Below are positions 37,209-50,653 of a stretch of 64,000 nucleotides of DNA, in pieces (position 1 is the first letter of the stretch; each line of letters begins with the position of its first letter). This DNA is from Squalus acanthias (lineage: Eukaryota): positions 140,370,001 to 140,434,000 of the forward strand of contig CM059432.1 of the NCBI GenBank assembly GCA_030390025.1, in the 5' to 3' direction. Made by a program: the position numbers and the translations under genes. The notes under the pieces were generated by a model that did no database searches, was not told the origin of the DNA, and saw nothing but the letters and a program-made list of their open reading frames with translations.

Positions 37209-38344
37209 TATTTAAGGTGGAGATAGACAGATTTTTGAACAATAAGGGAGTGATGGGTTATGGGGAGCGGGCAGGGAAATGGAGCCGAGCCCAAGATCAG
37301 ATCAGCCATGATCTCATTAAATGGCGGAGCAGGCTCGAGGGGCCAAATGGCCGACTCCTGCTCCTGTTGCTCATGTTTCTTATGGAACATTGGTTACCAA
37401 CACTATTAAACAAAGTCGACGTTTGAGGAAAGAAATAAAAGTGAAACAAATGGAGATGAAAGAGAACAAGAGTAAATTTCTAACTTTCTGAAGTTGCAGA
37501 GAATTATGAATGGCGCTGATGCATTTCCAAAGACCTTTGATGTTAGCTTTCTGGGTGACGAGCAATCCATATGAGCTATCGCTTTAAAGGGGTTATCAGT
37601 TCCAAAGGTCACAGCTATTTGAAATGACCCGATAGCCAGGGAGAGGAAGCAGACCAGAAGCTAATTTCCTGGTTGTGTTGTGCCCACAGTCTGTGGCTCA
37701 TTTCTCCTCTCTGCTGTGAAAATACAAGATTTGCCCTCACAATCAAGCCGTATTTACCTTCCTGCTTGTGCTCCTGCTGATAATGAAAGAAACCCAGGAG
37801 GATAATAATCTCTCTCTACAACAGCCTGGGCCCAAGATTGGCTTGGTTACCTCAACAAGCCCTGCCTTACACTGGAGCGAAATCACTCAATGCTAAGTTG
37901 CTATAACCAGGACAATTACACTGCATTTTACTTAAGTCTCTCTCTCTCTCTCTCTCTCATTTTCTGCTAAGGGCATTTAGGATATGGGCAGCAGAGTTCT
38001 GGACGAGCTGATGTTTACAGATGGGAAGCCGGCCAAAACAGGAAAAAATAAATCAGCTAGCAATTCTGCTCCGGATTGCTATCTAGTGATGCTTACTGGA
38101 AAGTATGTGTGAGGACTGGTTCAGCACTGATACTCTTCATGGTTAATTGACCTGCCGGCACTCATACAAGAAAGTTGGGGAGGGCGGCGGGGGGCGGGGT
38201 GGGGGGAGGGGGTGTGGGGAGGGGGTGTGTGGGGGCTGCTATGTGGACGAGGTACCAGAAGGCTGCTGGCGCCACTGAAACCCCAGCCAGAGACGGTGGA
38301 TCGGGAGAGGAGGGGAGCAACGGGGGGACATGGTCCGGCTTAAA

Positions 38345-39033
38345 AATCATCGAATGATACAGCACCGAAGGAGGCCATTCGGCCCATTGTGCCTGTGCTC
38401 TTTGGTAGAGCTATCCAATTCGTCCCACTCCCCTTGCTTTTTCCCCGTAGGCCTGTAAGTTTTTTCCCTTCAAGTATTTATCCAATTCTCCAGCTTCCGT
38501 GATTGCGACAGACCGCTGGCTTTCACTCAAAGCGGAATCAGGGTAGAGCCCGCTCCAGCCCTCGGCCGGCGTTTGCGCGTAAGCCATTCCCAGCAGAAGG
38601 GCTTGGATAGTGACCAGGAGTGCGAATCATACTGCACAGAGGGAGGCCATTCGGCCTATCGCACCTGTGGAACATAGGAACAGGAGGAGGCCATTCAGCC
38701 CCTCAAGCCTGTTTCACCATTCAATTAGATCATGGCTGATGCGTATCTTAACTCCAACCACCCACCTTGGTTCCGTAACCCATAATACCCTTGCCCAACA
38801 AAAATCTATCAATCTCCATTTTGAAATTTTCAATTGAGCCCCCCCCCCAGCCTCAACAGCTTTTTGGGGGAGAGAGTTCTAGATTTCCACTACCCTTTGT
38901 GTGAAGAAATGCTTCCCGACATCGCTGTGCCGGCTCTTGTTAAGAGCTGTCCAATTAGTCCCACTCCCCCTGACTCTTTCCCCCATAACCCTGCACATTT
39001 TTCCTTTTCAGGTATATATCCAATTCATTTTTG
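38345..39033 (-). mobile_element. Cluster of CR1 3' ends (38345-38490; 38625-39033 with nested 38670-38925)
   Basis: Repeated GAGGCCATTC(G/A)GCC tail stems. Confidence 0.75.
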
Positions 39034-39102
39034 AACCCTGGAATTTTTTTAAACCCTTGTCAGGAGACACTGAGTGAACTGTAGTACCCCCCACCCTCCT
39101 TA

Positions 39103-39588
39103 AGCTTGAGCGCATCTAAAACTCTGCTGCCCGTTTCCTAACTCGCACCAAGTCCCGTTCACCCATCACCCCCTGTGGTGCTCGCTGACCTACATTGACT
39201 CCCGGTCGAGCAACGCCTCGATTTTAAAATTCTCATCCTTGTTTTCAAATCCCTTCATGGCCTCGCCCCCCTCCCTATTTCTGTAACTTCCTCCAGCCCT
39301 ACAACCCTCCAAGATTTCTGCACTGCTCCGATTCTGGCCTCTTACCCATCCCCAATTTTCATCTCTCCACCATTCAGCTACCTCGGCCCTAATCTCTGGA
39401 ATCCCCTCCCTAAACCTCTCTACCTCTCTCTCTCGTCCTTTAAGACGCTCCTTAAAACCCACCTCTGTCCTAATATCTCCTGATGTGGCTCGGTGTCAAA
39501 TTTTGTTTGATAATCGCTCCTGTGAAGCATCTTGGGACCTTTTACTACGTTTAAGGCACTGCATAAATGCAAGTTGCTGTTGTTGCTG
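39103..39588 (+). mobile_element. L2 3' fragment
   Basis: Similarity to other L2 copies. Confidence 0.85.
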
Positions 39589-39777
39589 CCTGACTAATGC
39601 TGCTTTTTACACTGGTGCCTGTTCAATTCAGGTTCCGGGAGACCAGCGTGCATTATGCCAGCTTCCTGCATTCACGCACAAGTGAATCATGGCTCCTGTA
39701 TCCTGACGGTGGAATGGTGGATGCAGTTTTTCATGGGTACACTATTCTTGCTGCAGGGATAAGCTGTGTAAATGCGG

Positions 39778-40173
39778 GAGTCTTGAGCACATAATCCAGG
39801 CTGACACTCCCAATGCAGTACTGAGGGAGCGCTGCACTGTCGGAGGTGCCGTCTTTCAGACGAGGCATTAAACCGATGCCTCGTCTCCTCTTTCAGATGG
39901 GTGCAAAAGACCCCACGCCACTAGTTCGAAGAAGAGCAGGGGAGTTCTCCCCGGTGTCCGGGCCAATATTTATCCCTCAACCAACATCACTAAAAACAGA
40001 TTATCTGGTCATTTATCTCATTGCTGTTTGTGGGACCTGGCTGTGTGCCTATTGGCTGATGCATTTCCTACATTACAACAGTGACTACACTTCAAAAGTA
40101 ATTTACATTGGCGGTAAAGCGCTTTGGGACGTCCTGAGGCCGTGAAAGGTGCTCTAGAAATGCAAGTCCTTTC
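39778..40173 (+). mobile_element. DeuSINE-like SINE (5'-truncated)
   Basis: Body and tail. Confidence 0.88.
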
Positions 40174-40249
40174 ACGTGGTACATTTACACACTGAGCGAT
40201 TGGGGCCGTACCCAGGGGTTCTTTGCAAGTGGAATCTGAATGACAATAT

Positions 40250-41143
40250 GGGGGGAAAAATTCAGTTGGTTGCGCCTCCCGTTAGCGCCTTAAGAGGGCG
40301 CTAATGGGGCGCAAAGCATCTAGCGCCCAGGCGCGGCGAAGTTTGCGCCGCTCGCGAAATTAACTAGACATTTTGCGGCGGCGCTAAACACTACCGCCAC
40401 GATCTCCTGCGCCGGCAGATCGTGACGTCAGTCGAGTGCGCAACGCCCCGGTATCGCCCCGGAGCGGATATTGAGTGGCGCCCCCTGCCTTACCGCCTGA
40501 CGCTAGCAACGACAGGTTGAGGGGAGCGTTCTGCAGTCATGCAGGGACTGGGGGAGCGCTATTTAAAGGCGACCGCTTCCTGCCTTTTATTGTTGGTTCC
40601 ATTTTTGAACCACACATTCTGAGAGAGAGAGAGAGAGACTTCTGGAGAGATTCAACGTTGTGTGAAGGAGTTTTGGGTACTGAGCAGCACTTTGCAGGTT
40701 CATTTTGATTTGCCATTCCTTGTATCGATTTAGAAGAGACTGTGGGGGCTGCACTCTGAGCTCTTTGCCTGGTACTCTCCATTGTTCTTTCCAGCAGATT
40801 TGATGTGCAGGTCTCTCCAGGCCGAGATTCAAGGCTGCAATGAGTAGGATGTGGATGGAAAGCAAGATTAACCATCCCCTTTAAGAACTGGCCCGTGCCA
40901 TTGTGTGTGTGTTCCATTGCTGACTGACATTACATGAGCTTCGCCAGCGCTCTGAGGTAGCGCCTCGTTCCTCGGCCTTTGCGCCTTAAGACAGGTGTGC
41001 AGCGCCTGATTTAGCGCTCCAATCACCTCCAGGGGCGATAAAAGTCAAGTTTGCAGTCGGTGGCGATAATTTGCGCCAGGCGCTAATCTTTGCGCCCGGC
41101 CGATAATTGCGCCCCAAATGGGGCGATACTGAATTTCTCCCCC
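40250..41143. mobile_element. Harbinger family B MITE
   Basis: TIRs GGGGGAAAAATTCAG / CTGAATTTCTCCCCC, TAT on both flanks; collinear with 21415-22307. Confidence 0.92.
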
Positions 41144-42159
41144 TATGTCTTTAAAGGGTTGAGTAACTACAGTGGAAGTACTATGTACAACCACTGCAAT
41201 CCTCATGGGGGGGGGGGGGGGGGGGCATTTGGAGAGCGAGAGAAGAAACAGGAGACAAGTTCTATTGCAAATAGCCGTTGAATGCAGTGGTACGTTGACC
41301 ACGTTAATGGCCGTTAAACAGAGCCCAGTCCCTTTCACTGAGCGTGTACACGATACAAGGGAACACACGGAAAGTGCGTACTCAGACATTGCAGCTCACG
41401 AGGAGCACGAGAGCAAATGTAAATGTTAAATGAAAAAGACTTTTCACTGTGGCTACTGGATCTTGTCCAAATGGAAATTGCTTTTCTTTGGGATCGAAAT
41501 TTAACTGCTACTTCTCTAACTTTCTAAGTACTGGTCTTGGAAGCCCCACCAGGACTTGGACAAGGTTATTAATGCATCCCAGTGCTGTGCTGGGTTTCCA
41601 GCTTTCCTGGGCCTCCTAGATGTTCATATCTGTAAAACATTGTCTGGGCCAAGCCTTCGCAACACTTTATTTTGAAGCATTTTACTAGAAAAACAAACTC
41701 CCTCACCTCTACGTGAGGATTTATCACAAAGGAAAAGAACAAAATGTTCCTATTACCACGGCCTCTCAATGTCCAATAGTGGTAAGAACCACTTGGGAGT
41801 ATAATATCACTTGGTCAGAAATACTGCATGCAAAGTTTAAGAAAGAGGATTGGCTTTCAAACAATTATCCGATTGGAGTCTCAGCAGGAGCCATTTTGAA
41901 AATTAAGCCGTGATTAACAAATTGCACATCTGATTAATTAATGTCACAGTGGAGATAAGTTTTGGAACACCAATTGTATTTATACACCCGCTGGGCCATC
42001 TCCATTCTAGAGTCTGGTCTACTGCTGCTTCCTCAGTTTCTGCTCCTCTGACGGGAGTTTTTCACTTTACGCTGAGCGAGCACTGAATCTGTTGCTGCCG
42101 GTTCCCATCCTGCTTTTGATGCTGCTCCGCAGTTGCCGAGTGTCCTTTGCTCTGCCGCT

Positions 42160-42966
42160 TCCCGTTCCCTAGCCACCGACTCCATCCCTCTCGCTGGCAA
42201 CTGTCTGAAGCTGCACCAGACTGTTTGCAACCTTGGTGTCATATTTGACCCCGAGATCAGCTTCCGACCACATATCCGCGCCATAACTAAGACCGCCTAT
42301 TTCCACCTCCGTAACATCGCCCGTCTCCGCCCCTGCCTCAGCTCATCTGCTGCTGAAACTTCATCCATGCCTTTGTTACCTCTAGACTTGACTATTCCAA
42401 CGCACTCCTGGCCGGCCTCCCACGCTTTGCCCTACGTAAACCTCAGGTCATCCAAAACTCGGCTGACCGTGTCCTAACTCGCACCAAGTCCCGTTCGCCC
42501 ATCACCCCCTGTGCTCGCTGGCCTACATTGGCTCCCAGTTAAGCAATGCCTTGATTTCAAAATTCACATCCTGGTTTTCAAATCCCTCCATGGCCTCGCC
42601 CCTTCCTATCTCTGTAATCTCCTTCAGCCCCACAATTCCCCCGAGATATCTGCACTCCTCCAATTCTGGCCTCTTGAACATCCCTGATTTTAATCGCTCC
42701 ACCATTGGCGCCCGTGCCTTCAGCTCCCTGGGCCCTAAGCTCTGGAATTCCCTCCCTAAACCTCTCGGCTTTTCTATCTCTCTTTCCTCCTTTAACACGA
42801 TCCTGAAAACTTACCTCTTTGACCAAGCTATCGGTCATCTGTCCTGGTATCTCCTTATGTGGCTCGGTGTTAAATTTTGATTGATAATCGCTCCTGTGAA
42901 GTGCCTCGGGACGTTTTGCCATGCTAAAGGCGCTATATAAATGCAAATTGCTGTTGTTGTTGTTGC
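42160..42966 (+). mobile_element. L2 3' fragment
   Basis: [29 protein letters not shown]; tail. Confidence 0.9.
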
Positions 42967-43577
42967 TTCCCATTGTTGCTGACTCCATTTATCCCTCCAC
43001 TGGTATACTGGATCCGTTGGTGCACGCTACTAATCACCGAGGCCACTACTCAACTCCGCCGGACCTCTGGATCAACCTACGCTGGCTCATGGTCGATTCT
43101 CCACACCTCCTTAGCTCTCCATTTTCCACATAAATACCTCTAGTGGTGCGTCCAATGATACCCTGTCCCTCACAGAGGTCCTGGAGTCACTCGCCCTCCA
43201 CACCTGTCTCCGAACCTGGACATCAGTTCGTTCGTGCTCCAAGCTGATCCCATCCTTACTACAAGCCAACTTCATCCCAACCATGGGACCTCTAACATTA
43301 ATTTTGGACTCGCTCCTATTGTCTCCTCCCGCTTCTCCATTTACAACCAGGACAGATCTATCCTAAACGTTGCCATGCCTGTGTAAGCTGGGTTTCCCTG
43401 TGTCCATTAATGTCATTAGATGCTTTACTGGGTCTTCCAAGCCTTAGCGGGTACAGGTACGTTTACTTTCAGGATTCAGCTGGCTGCACAGTATCGGTGA
43501 GTCAGGAGCTAACAGTTCCAGCACAAGTCCTGGCTCAATATAAAGGCATCTATTCTCTACTAAAGATGATTCAGGTA

Positions 43578-43982
43578 CTCAGGGACTTGAGCACAAAAAT
43601 CCAGGCTGACACTCCAGGGCAGTGCTGAGGGAGTGCTGCACTGTTGGAGGTGCCGTCTTTCGAATGAAACGTTAAACCGAGGCCCCGTCTACCCTCTCAG
43701 GTGGACATAAAAGATCCCATGGCACTATTTCGAAGAAAAACAGGGGAGCTATCCCCGGTGTCCTGGCCAATATTTATCCCTCAATCAACATCACTAAAAC
43801 AGATTATCTGGTCATTATCACATTGCTGTTTGTGGGACCTTGCTGTGTGCAAATTGACTGCCGCGTTTCCCACATTACAACAGTGACTCCACTCCAAAAA
43901 GTACTTCAGTGGCTGTAAAACACTTTGGGACGTCCTGAGGTCATGAAAGGCGCTCTATAAATGCAAGTCTTCTTTTCTTTTT
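43578..43982 (+). mobile_element. DeuSINE-like SINE
   Basis: Body and tail. Confidence 0.88.
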
Positions 43983-44148
43983 CATGTTATCAGGCTCACC
44001 TGCTTCGACAAGTTTCTTCCCCTCTCCTACCCGCTCCCCCCAATCATTGCCATTGAAATAAAAAACCAAAAGGCTACAAAGGATAATCCCAATTTTTTCC
44101 TACCCCATGCTAAGTTAGTTGGTCTTAATCGAGATGGCACTGGGGCAC

Positions 44149-45772
44149 TACAACAACAACTTGCATTTATATAATGCCTTTAATGTAGTAAAATGTCCCA
44201 AGGTGCTTCACAGGAGTGTTATCAAACAAAATTTGACATCGAGCCATATAAGGACAAGTGACCAATAGCTTGGTCAAAGAGGTAGGTTTTAAGGAGCGTC
44301 TTAAAGAGCGTAAGAACATAAGAAATAGGAGCAGGAGTAGGCCATACGTCCCCTCGAGCCTGCTCCGCCATTCAAAAAGATCATGGCTGATCTTTTACCT
44401 CATCTCCACTTTCCTGCACTATCCCCATATCCCTTGATTCCCTTAGTACCCAAAAATCTATCGATCACAGTCTTGAATATACTCAATGACTGAGCATCCA
44501 CAGCCCTCTGGGGTAGAGAATTCCAAAGATTCACAACCCTCTGAGTGAAGAAATCTCTTCTCATCTAAGTGCTAAATGGCCGACCCCTTATCCTGAGGCT
44601 ATGACCCCTAGTTCTAGACTCTCCAGCCAGGGGAAACAGTCTCGCATGCATCTACCCTGTCAAGCCCTCTAAGAATTTTATGCGTTTCAATTGAGATCAC
44701 CTTTCTTTCTTCTAAACTCCGGAGAATATAGGCCCATTCTACTCAATCTCTCCTCATAGGACAGCCCTCTCATCCCAGGAATCAATCTAGTGAACCTTCG
44801 TTGCACTCCCTCTAAGGCAAGTATGTCCTTTCTTAGGTAAGGAGACCAAAACTGTGCACAACACTCCAGGTGTGGTCTCACCAGGGCCCTATATAATTGC
44901 AGAAAAGACTTCCTTACTCTTATACTCCAACCCCCTTGCAATAAAGGCTAAAAAAACATTTGCCTTCCTAATTGCACGCTCTACTTGCATGTTAACTTTC
45001 TGTGATTCGTGTACAAGGACCCCCAAATCCCTCTGCATACCAACATTTACTAGTCTCTCACCTTTTGAAAAATATTCTGCTTTTCTATTCTTCCTACCAA
45101 AGTGGATAATTTCACACTTCCCCACATTATACACAGTCTGCCACCTTATTGCTCAATCACTTAACCGGTCGGTCTATATCCTTTTGCAGGCTCTTTGCGT
45201 CTTCCTCACAGCTTACTTTCCCACCTAGCTTTGTATCGTCAGCAAACTTGGATACTTTACACTCGGTCCCCTCATCGAAGTCATTGATATAGACTGTAAA
45301 TAGCTGAAGCCCAATCACTGATCCTTGTGGCACTCCACTAGTTACACCCTACCATCATGAAAATGACCCGTTTATTCTTACTTTCTGTTCTCTGTACATT
45401 AACCAATCCTTAATCCATGCTGATATATGACACGCAATCCCATGAGCAACCTCTTGTGTGGCATCTTATCGAATGCCTTCTGAAAATCCAATAAATGAGA
45501 AGGGAGAGCTGGAGAGGCGGAGAGGTTTAGGGAGGGAATTCCAGAGTGTGGGGCCTAGGCAGCTGAAGGCACGGCCGCCAATGGTGGAGCGATGAAAATT
45601 GGGGATGCGCAATTGGTCGGAATTGGAGGAGCGCAGAGATCTCGGAGGGTTGTTGGACTGGAGGAGGTTACAGAGATAGGGAGGGGGCGAGGCCATGGAG
45701 GGATTTAAAACAAGGATGAGAATTTTTCAGTCGAGGCGTTGCTGGCCGGGAAACCAATGTGGGTCAGCGAGG
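44149..45772 (-). mobile_element. L2 3' fragment split by CR1 (halves 44149-44310 and 45500-45772)
   Basis: L2 sequence resumes after the CR1. Confidence 0.78.
44311..45495 (-). mobile_element. CR1 LINE fragment
   Basis: RT and C-terminal remnants (YNVGKCEIIHFGRKN, LVRPHLECCAQFWSP). Confidence 0.92.
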
Positions 45773-47488
45773 ACAGGAGCGATACTACATTAGTATCTGC
45801 AGCCCTGGGCCAGGGAGAGGGAAATGTTAGCTGGGGGGGGATTCCCACTCCTTATCGCTATGCGGTAACTCCAGCCAGAATGCGCGTGCGAGGATGTCAG
45901 GTGCAAACATATCCAGGCTTGGTCATGACATCCCCAGGGGGAAAATAGCCTGCCAGGGGTCACTGTACAGGTTGATCAGTGAAGACCGGCTGCTTGGGTG
46001 AGGTAGCAGTGGGCTCGGGCACCCAGCGGGACTCAACACCTTCAGGAGAAGAGGCCAGGACAGCGAAAAACTAAATAACAATGAAAAGTTGACGAAGAAA
46101 GCCATAATTCCTCCAACGTGCTTTGAGTTGTTAAAAAGCATACTGTTGGTGGACTGGCTCCCTCTTTAATTGATATTCATGGTGTGGCAGCAACGTTGGT
46201 TCTGTGCTTTGTCCAGTGTGTTGCTGTGACTCATGCCACAATTCAGAAGCTCGTGGGTCAGCGAGCTGATGCCAGCAAGGTACTGAAAGGCTGAAGCACA
46301 AGGGAATCACTTGCTGCTTCCTAAGTATAAGGAGGTGTATGATTTAATGCTGTAAAGGTACATTGCGCAATGGTGAGGTTCCATGAAATAGAAGTACTTG
46401 TAATGTTGGCTGACTTCCGTTTCATTGTATTAGGGTTTCTCTGACATGAGCACCAAACACAAAAACCATCTCCAGACTTGCCAAGGATCCAGTTTACATG
46501 GGACTGGCCCTGAATCCCAATTTGAAGTTGTGTTTCTCTCCTGTGTGTGTGTGTGCAACACTGCACTAATATCTGGTAATCAGCTCCCTCAAAGCTACAA
46601 CAGTCCGGCAATAAAATAGCTGGGAATTCTGTTTCCAGTTACCATGCAATGAACCCTGTTCATTGGGAGCAATTCCCCACGCACCCCTCCACCCCACCCC
46701 CCTCTGATGAGATTAGGTTCCTTCAAACACAGAATGTACCTAAAATAAAATTGCAAATGTTTCCAGTTATATAATTTACATTCTGTCGCCATTAAGTGGA
46801 TTCAAATTAATTTCTCACCACTGCCAACATGACTATTGTGCGGTAACAATTGCAGCAATACGCAAGGAAACGTTTACATTAAAAGAACTGTCAGCGGGGC
46901 CTGTGACTTTTATATGTCTTGTTAACTAATCATCACCTTTGACCTTTGACTGAGAATAGATTTGGGAACCCTTTTATTTTAAACTCTAAGCAAGAATATT
47001 TTCCTCCCTACATTTGGTCTCTGTTGACCTCTGGGTCTCTTGCCTGGGGATTTTTAATCCTTCCCACTTCTTTGCTTCATCTTTGTGCCATGTATCTGCA
47101 CCCCTGCTGCTGACTGGTGTGGTGTTTGCTTTGCTGATATGTGACCTGGAAGATCAAGACAGCAAATAACATCTTTTGATCAATGAGCCAATAGGGTCCC
47201 TTTTATAAATCCACAACCGCTGGCTGAAACAGTAACCCTTTCCTTCTCTTTGAGCTCCTTACCTCTCAAACAGCCCCTAGTTGTTAAGCTTGTTTGAGAG
47301 CTCTTTGATGGGTTATTTGGCCAGAGTGTTGTCTAGTGAATAGTGAGCCGCCTCAACCAAGAAGATCTCGGGCTTGACTCCCACTTTGTGCAGAGTTAAT
47401 TGACCTGAAGCTGCTTTTATGTTGGTGTTTTTTCAATTCAGGATCTGGGAGTCCTTAATCCTGGCATTTGTGCTATTAAATCAGTAAA

Positions 47489-48122
47489 TAACAACGACAA
47501 CTTGCATTTATATAGCGCCTTAAATGTAGTAACACATCCCAGGGCTCTTCACAGGAGCGTTATCAGACAAAATTTGACATCAATCCACATAAGGTGATAT
47601 TAGGACAGGTGACCAAAAGCTTGGACAAAGAGGTAGGTTTTAAGGAGCGTCTTAAAGGAAGAGAGAGAGGTCGAGAGGCGGAGAGGTTTAGGGAGGGAAT
47701 TCCAGAGCTTATGGCCTCGGTAGCTGAAGGCACGGCCGCCAATGGTGGAGCGACGAAAATCGAGGATGCGCAAGAGGCCAGAATTGGAGGAGCGCAGAGA
47801 TCTCAGCAACAACATCTTGCATTCGTATAGCGCCTTTAACGTAGTAAAACATCCCAAGGCACTTCGCAGGATTTGACACTGAGCCACATACGGGGATATT
47901 AGGACAGGACTAGAATTGGAGGAGCGTAGAGATCTCGGAGGGTCGTAGGGCCGGAGGAGGTTACAGAGATAGGGAGGGGGTGAGGCCCTGGAGGGATTTG
48001 AACACCAGAATGAGAATTTTAAAATGGAGGTGTTGCCGGACGGGGAGCCAATGTAGGTCAGCGAGCACCACAGGGGTGATGAGTGAACAGGACTTGGTGT
48101 GAGTTAGGATATGGGCAGCAGA
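47489..48122 (-). mobile_element. L2 3' fragment containing a second L2 tail (47805-47911)
   Basis: 25-bp duplication flanks the inner copy. Confidence 0.85.
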
Positions 48123-48633
48123 TAAAACAGATAAAACTGGTCTACAACAAGCCTGCCAGCGGGATACGGAAAACTGATTTAACAGCATAAACGTTCAGGC
48201 CTTGGTTCCCGATGAAGCCCTTGAAACTTTAGCACCAAAGGCAGTAAGATGCATCTCCTCAAAATTGTCTTGAGCTGCCTCGGCAGTGACTTCATTGGGT
48301 CATCTGCCCTTTGACATTTAATAATTTTAATCTGACAATAAAATACTATGGCAGACTCGGCCATACAGATAAAATTACTGATGTTCTAAAGGTTAGATAA
48401 GATGTCAGCAATGGCCTCATATCTTTTAAATTGCAATTTATAAATGTTACTGTACCTTAGAACTGCAAGGCCCACACAATAAATTATTTTTGAATTAAAT
48501 AGTCAAGCACTTCTGCACCAAAATCACCCGGATTTACATATCAATCCATCATAAAAACTGATTAAAAGTTCTACGGTTCTGCACAACTAACTTGGCCAAA
48601 TCAGCATTAATGAGGCAGTAACGGCCTCAAAAT

Positions 48634-48967
48634 GCCCTACGACCCTCTGAGATCTCTGTGTTCCTCCAATTCTGGCCTCTTGCACATCCCCGATTCTCAT
48701 TGCTCCACCATTGGCGGCCGTGCCTTCAGCTGCCTGGGCCCCAAGCTCTGGAATTCCCTCCCTAAACCTCTGCACCTCTCTCACCTCCTTGAAAACGCTC
48801 CTTAAAACCTACCTCTTTGACCAAGCTTTTGGTCAGCTGTCCTAATATCTCTTTATATGTGGCTTGGTGTCAAATTCTGTTTACTAATCGCTTCTGTGAA
48901 GCGCTTTGGGACATTTTACTACGTTTAAGGCGCTATATAAATGCAAGTTATTGTTGTTGTTGTTGTT
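48634..48967 (+). mobile_element. L2 3' fragment
   Basis: Similarity; (TTG)n tail. Confidence 0.88.
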
Positions 48968-49562
48968 CTTGTTATGAATGCCTGACTAGCCGGTTATGCT
49001 GACAGTTCTTCAGAACAACAACTTGCAGTTATATAGCACAGTTAACACAACAAAACATCCCAAAGTACTTCACAGGGACTTCATCAACAAAATTGACGTC
49101 GAGCCAAAGGAGGAGATATTAGGAGGGGTGACTAAAGCTTGGTCAAAGAGGTGGATTTTAATGAGGGTCTTTAAGGAGTCTTTGAGGACTAGAGGGAGGT
49201 GAAGAGGCAGAATGGCAACCTCTAGGCAGGAAGTCCATTGACCTCTCCCCTGCTCTCCACCTGTGAGTTAAAATTCCAGCTAATATCGCATTAAAGTCAT
49301 TGATAGAAACCTATGAGAGCGTAGCTTTCCCGACAGGGGGAAAGAATGCCGGGGGAGCAGGAGCAGCTGCGAGGAATTTCTCGTGCGTATGTAAGCAAGC
49401 ATGAGAGCCAGCTTGTGCACAGCAAGATCCCACGAGCAGCAGCTGGATGAATGGTGGGTTAATCTGTTTTTGATGGCATTGGTTGAGGGCGGAATATTGG
49501 CCAGGACACAGGAAATTAAATCATTTCGGAAAGTGGTGTTCTCTACATCCGGAAACATGTAT

Positions 49563-49882
49563 GATGTTTCCACTGGTGGGCGAGACCAAAACTAGGGAGA
49601 ATAAATATAAGACAGTCACTAATAAACCCAAGAGGGAATTCAGGAGAAACTTCTTTGCCCAGAGAGTGGTGAGAATGTGGAACTCTCTACCACAGGGAGT
49701 GGTTGAGGTGAATAGCATAGATTAATTCAATGGGAAGCTAGATAAGTACATGCTGAGAAAGGAATAGAAGGATACATTGATAGGGTGAGATGAAGTAGGT
49801 TCATGTGGAGCATAAAGACTGGCATCGACCAGCTGGGCTGAATGGCCTGTTTCTATGCTATACGTTCCATGTAATTCTATGT
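49563..49882 (+). mobile_element. CR1 3' fragment
   Basis: MFPLVGE..FRRNFFAQRVVRMWNSLPQ. Confidence 0.85.
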
Positions 49883-50653
49883 ATGGCATCTCATTTCTAT
49901 CACAGTGCTGCCTCCAAAAGTAGTGTGGGGTGGTGTTATCTCAAACTTAGTTGTAATATGTTATCATAACTCCGCACTATTTTGTTTTATCGACACTATT
50001 ATCAATCACACAGATGGCGATTTTGTTGACAGGACTTCAATTCAAGTGAGCTCTCCTGCTAAAGATAACAAAAAACAAGTTAATACCATCTCTCCATTGG
50101 CGATCTGCAGTTTATGGTGCGAGCAAGAAACAGGGCTCCCAGCAGACCATCAAATGGTACTGGGTCCTCCACCCACATCCACCCCTCTGATAAGTCAGGA
50201 ACGCGAACCCTTGCCTTTAGAAACGTGCTTGTCTTCTTGCTCCCTGTCATGACATGATTTATTAATTTGTTCTCTCAGTGCCACATAGAGCTGGATGAAA
50301 TGGCCAAAGTTGAGATGTGAGTCATGGTCGTAGCTGTTAGAATAGAATGTAACTCTTTCCCATCTGATCAAAAGGATATCAAAGGGCCCATTCCCGGGTT
50401 CTGTGCCCCGAGAGAGAGGAGAGCGACTGGAGCAGAGAGAGCAGTGAATTGCTAGGAGGAGACCCTGAGCCAATTTTTTTTTCCTGCGATACAATTTCCC
50501 TTTCGTCTACTAATCAGTAACCTGAAATGCTGTGGCCAATTCCTGGGTGAGCCTCATTAAGGCTCCAGATTTAATTGAGAACTATTTAAATGTACTCCAC
50601 AACAACCTCTTTGATCAAGCTTTTGGTTAGGGAAGTTTTGATGCAACTTTACA

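Larger units (their letters stand above)
36122..37385 (+). mobile_element. CR1 3' fragment carrying RTE and Penelope inserts
   Basis: GLEYKSRE..LQLY | LYRVLVRPHLEYCVQFWSP...; CR1 tail. Confidence 0.85.

Noticed and set aside
38176..38236. G-quadruplex-forming tract
   Set aside because: G-rich low-complexity run, common in this genome type, with no functional context
41172..41429. Possible coding exon
   Set aside because: No recognisable protein similarity or convincing splice sites; starts in a poly-G run
42990..43380. L1 ORF2 relic
   Set aside because: Only vague resemblance; no motif I can support
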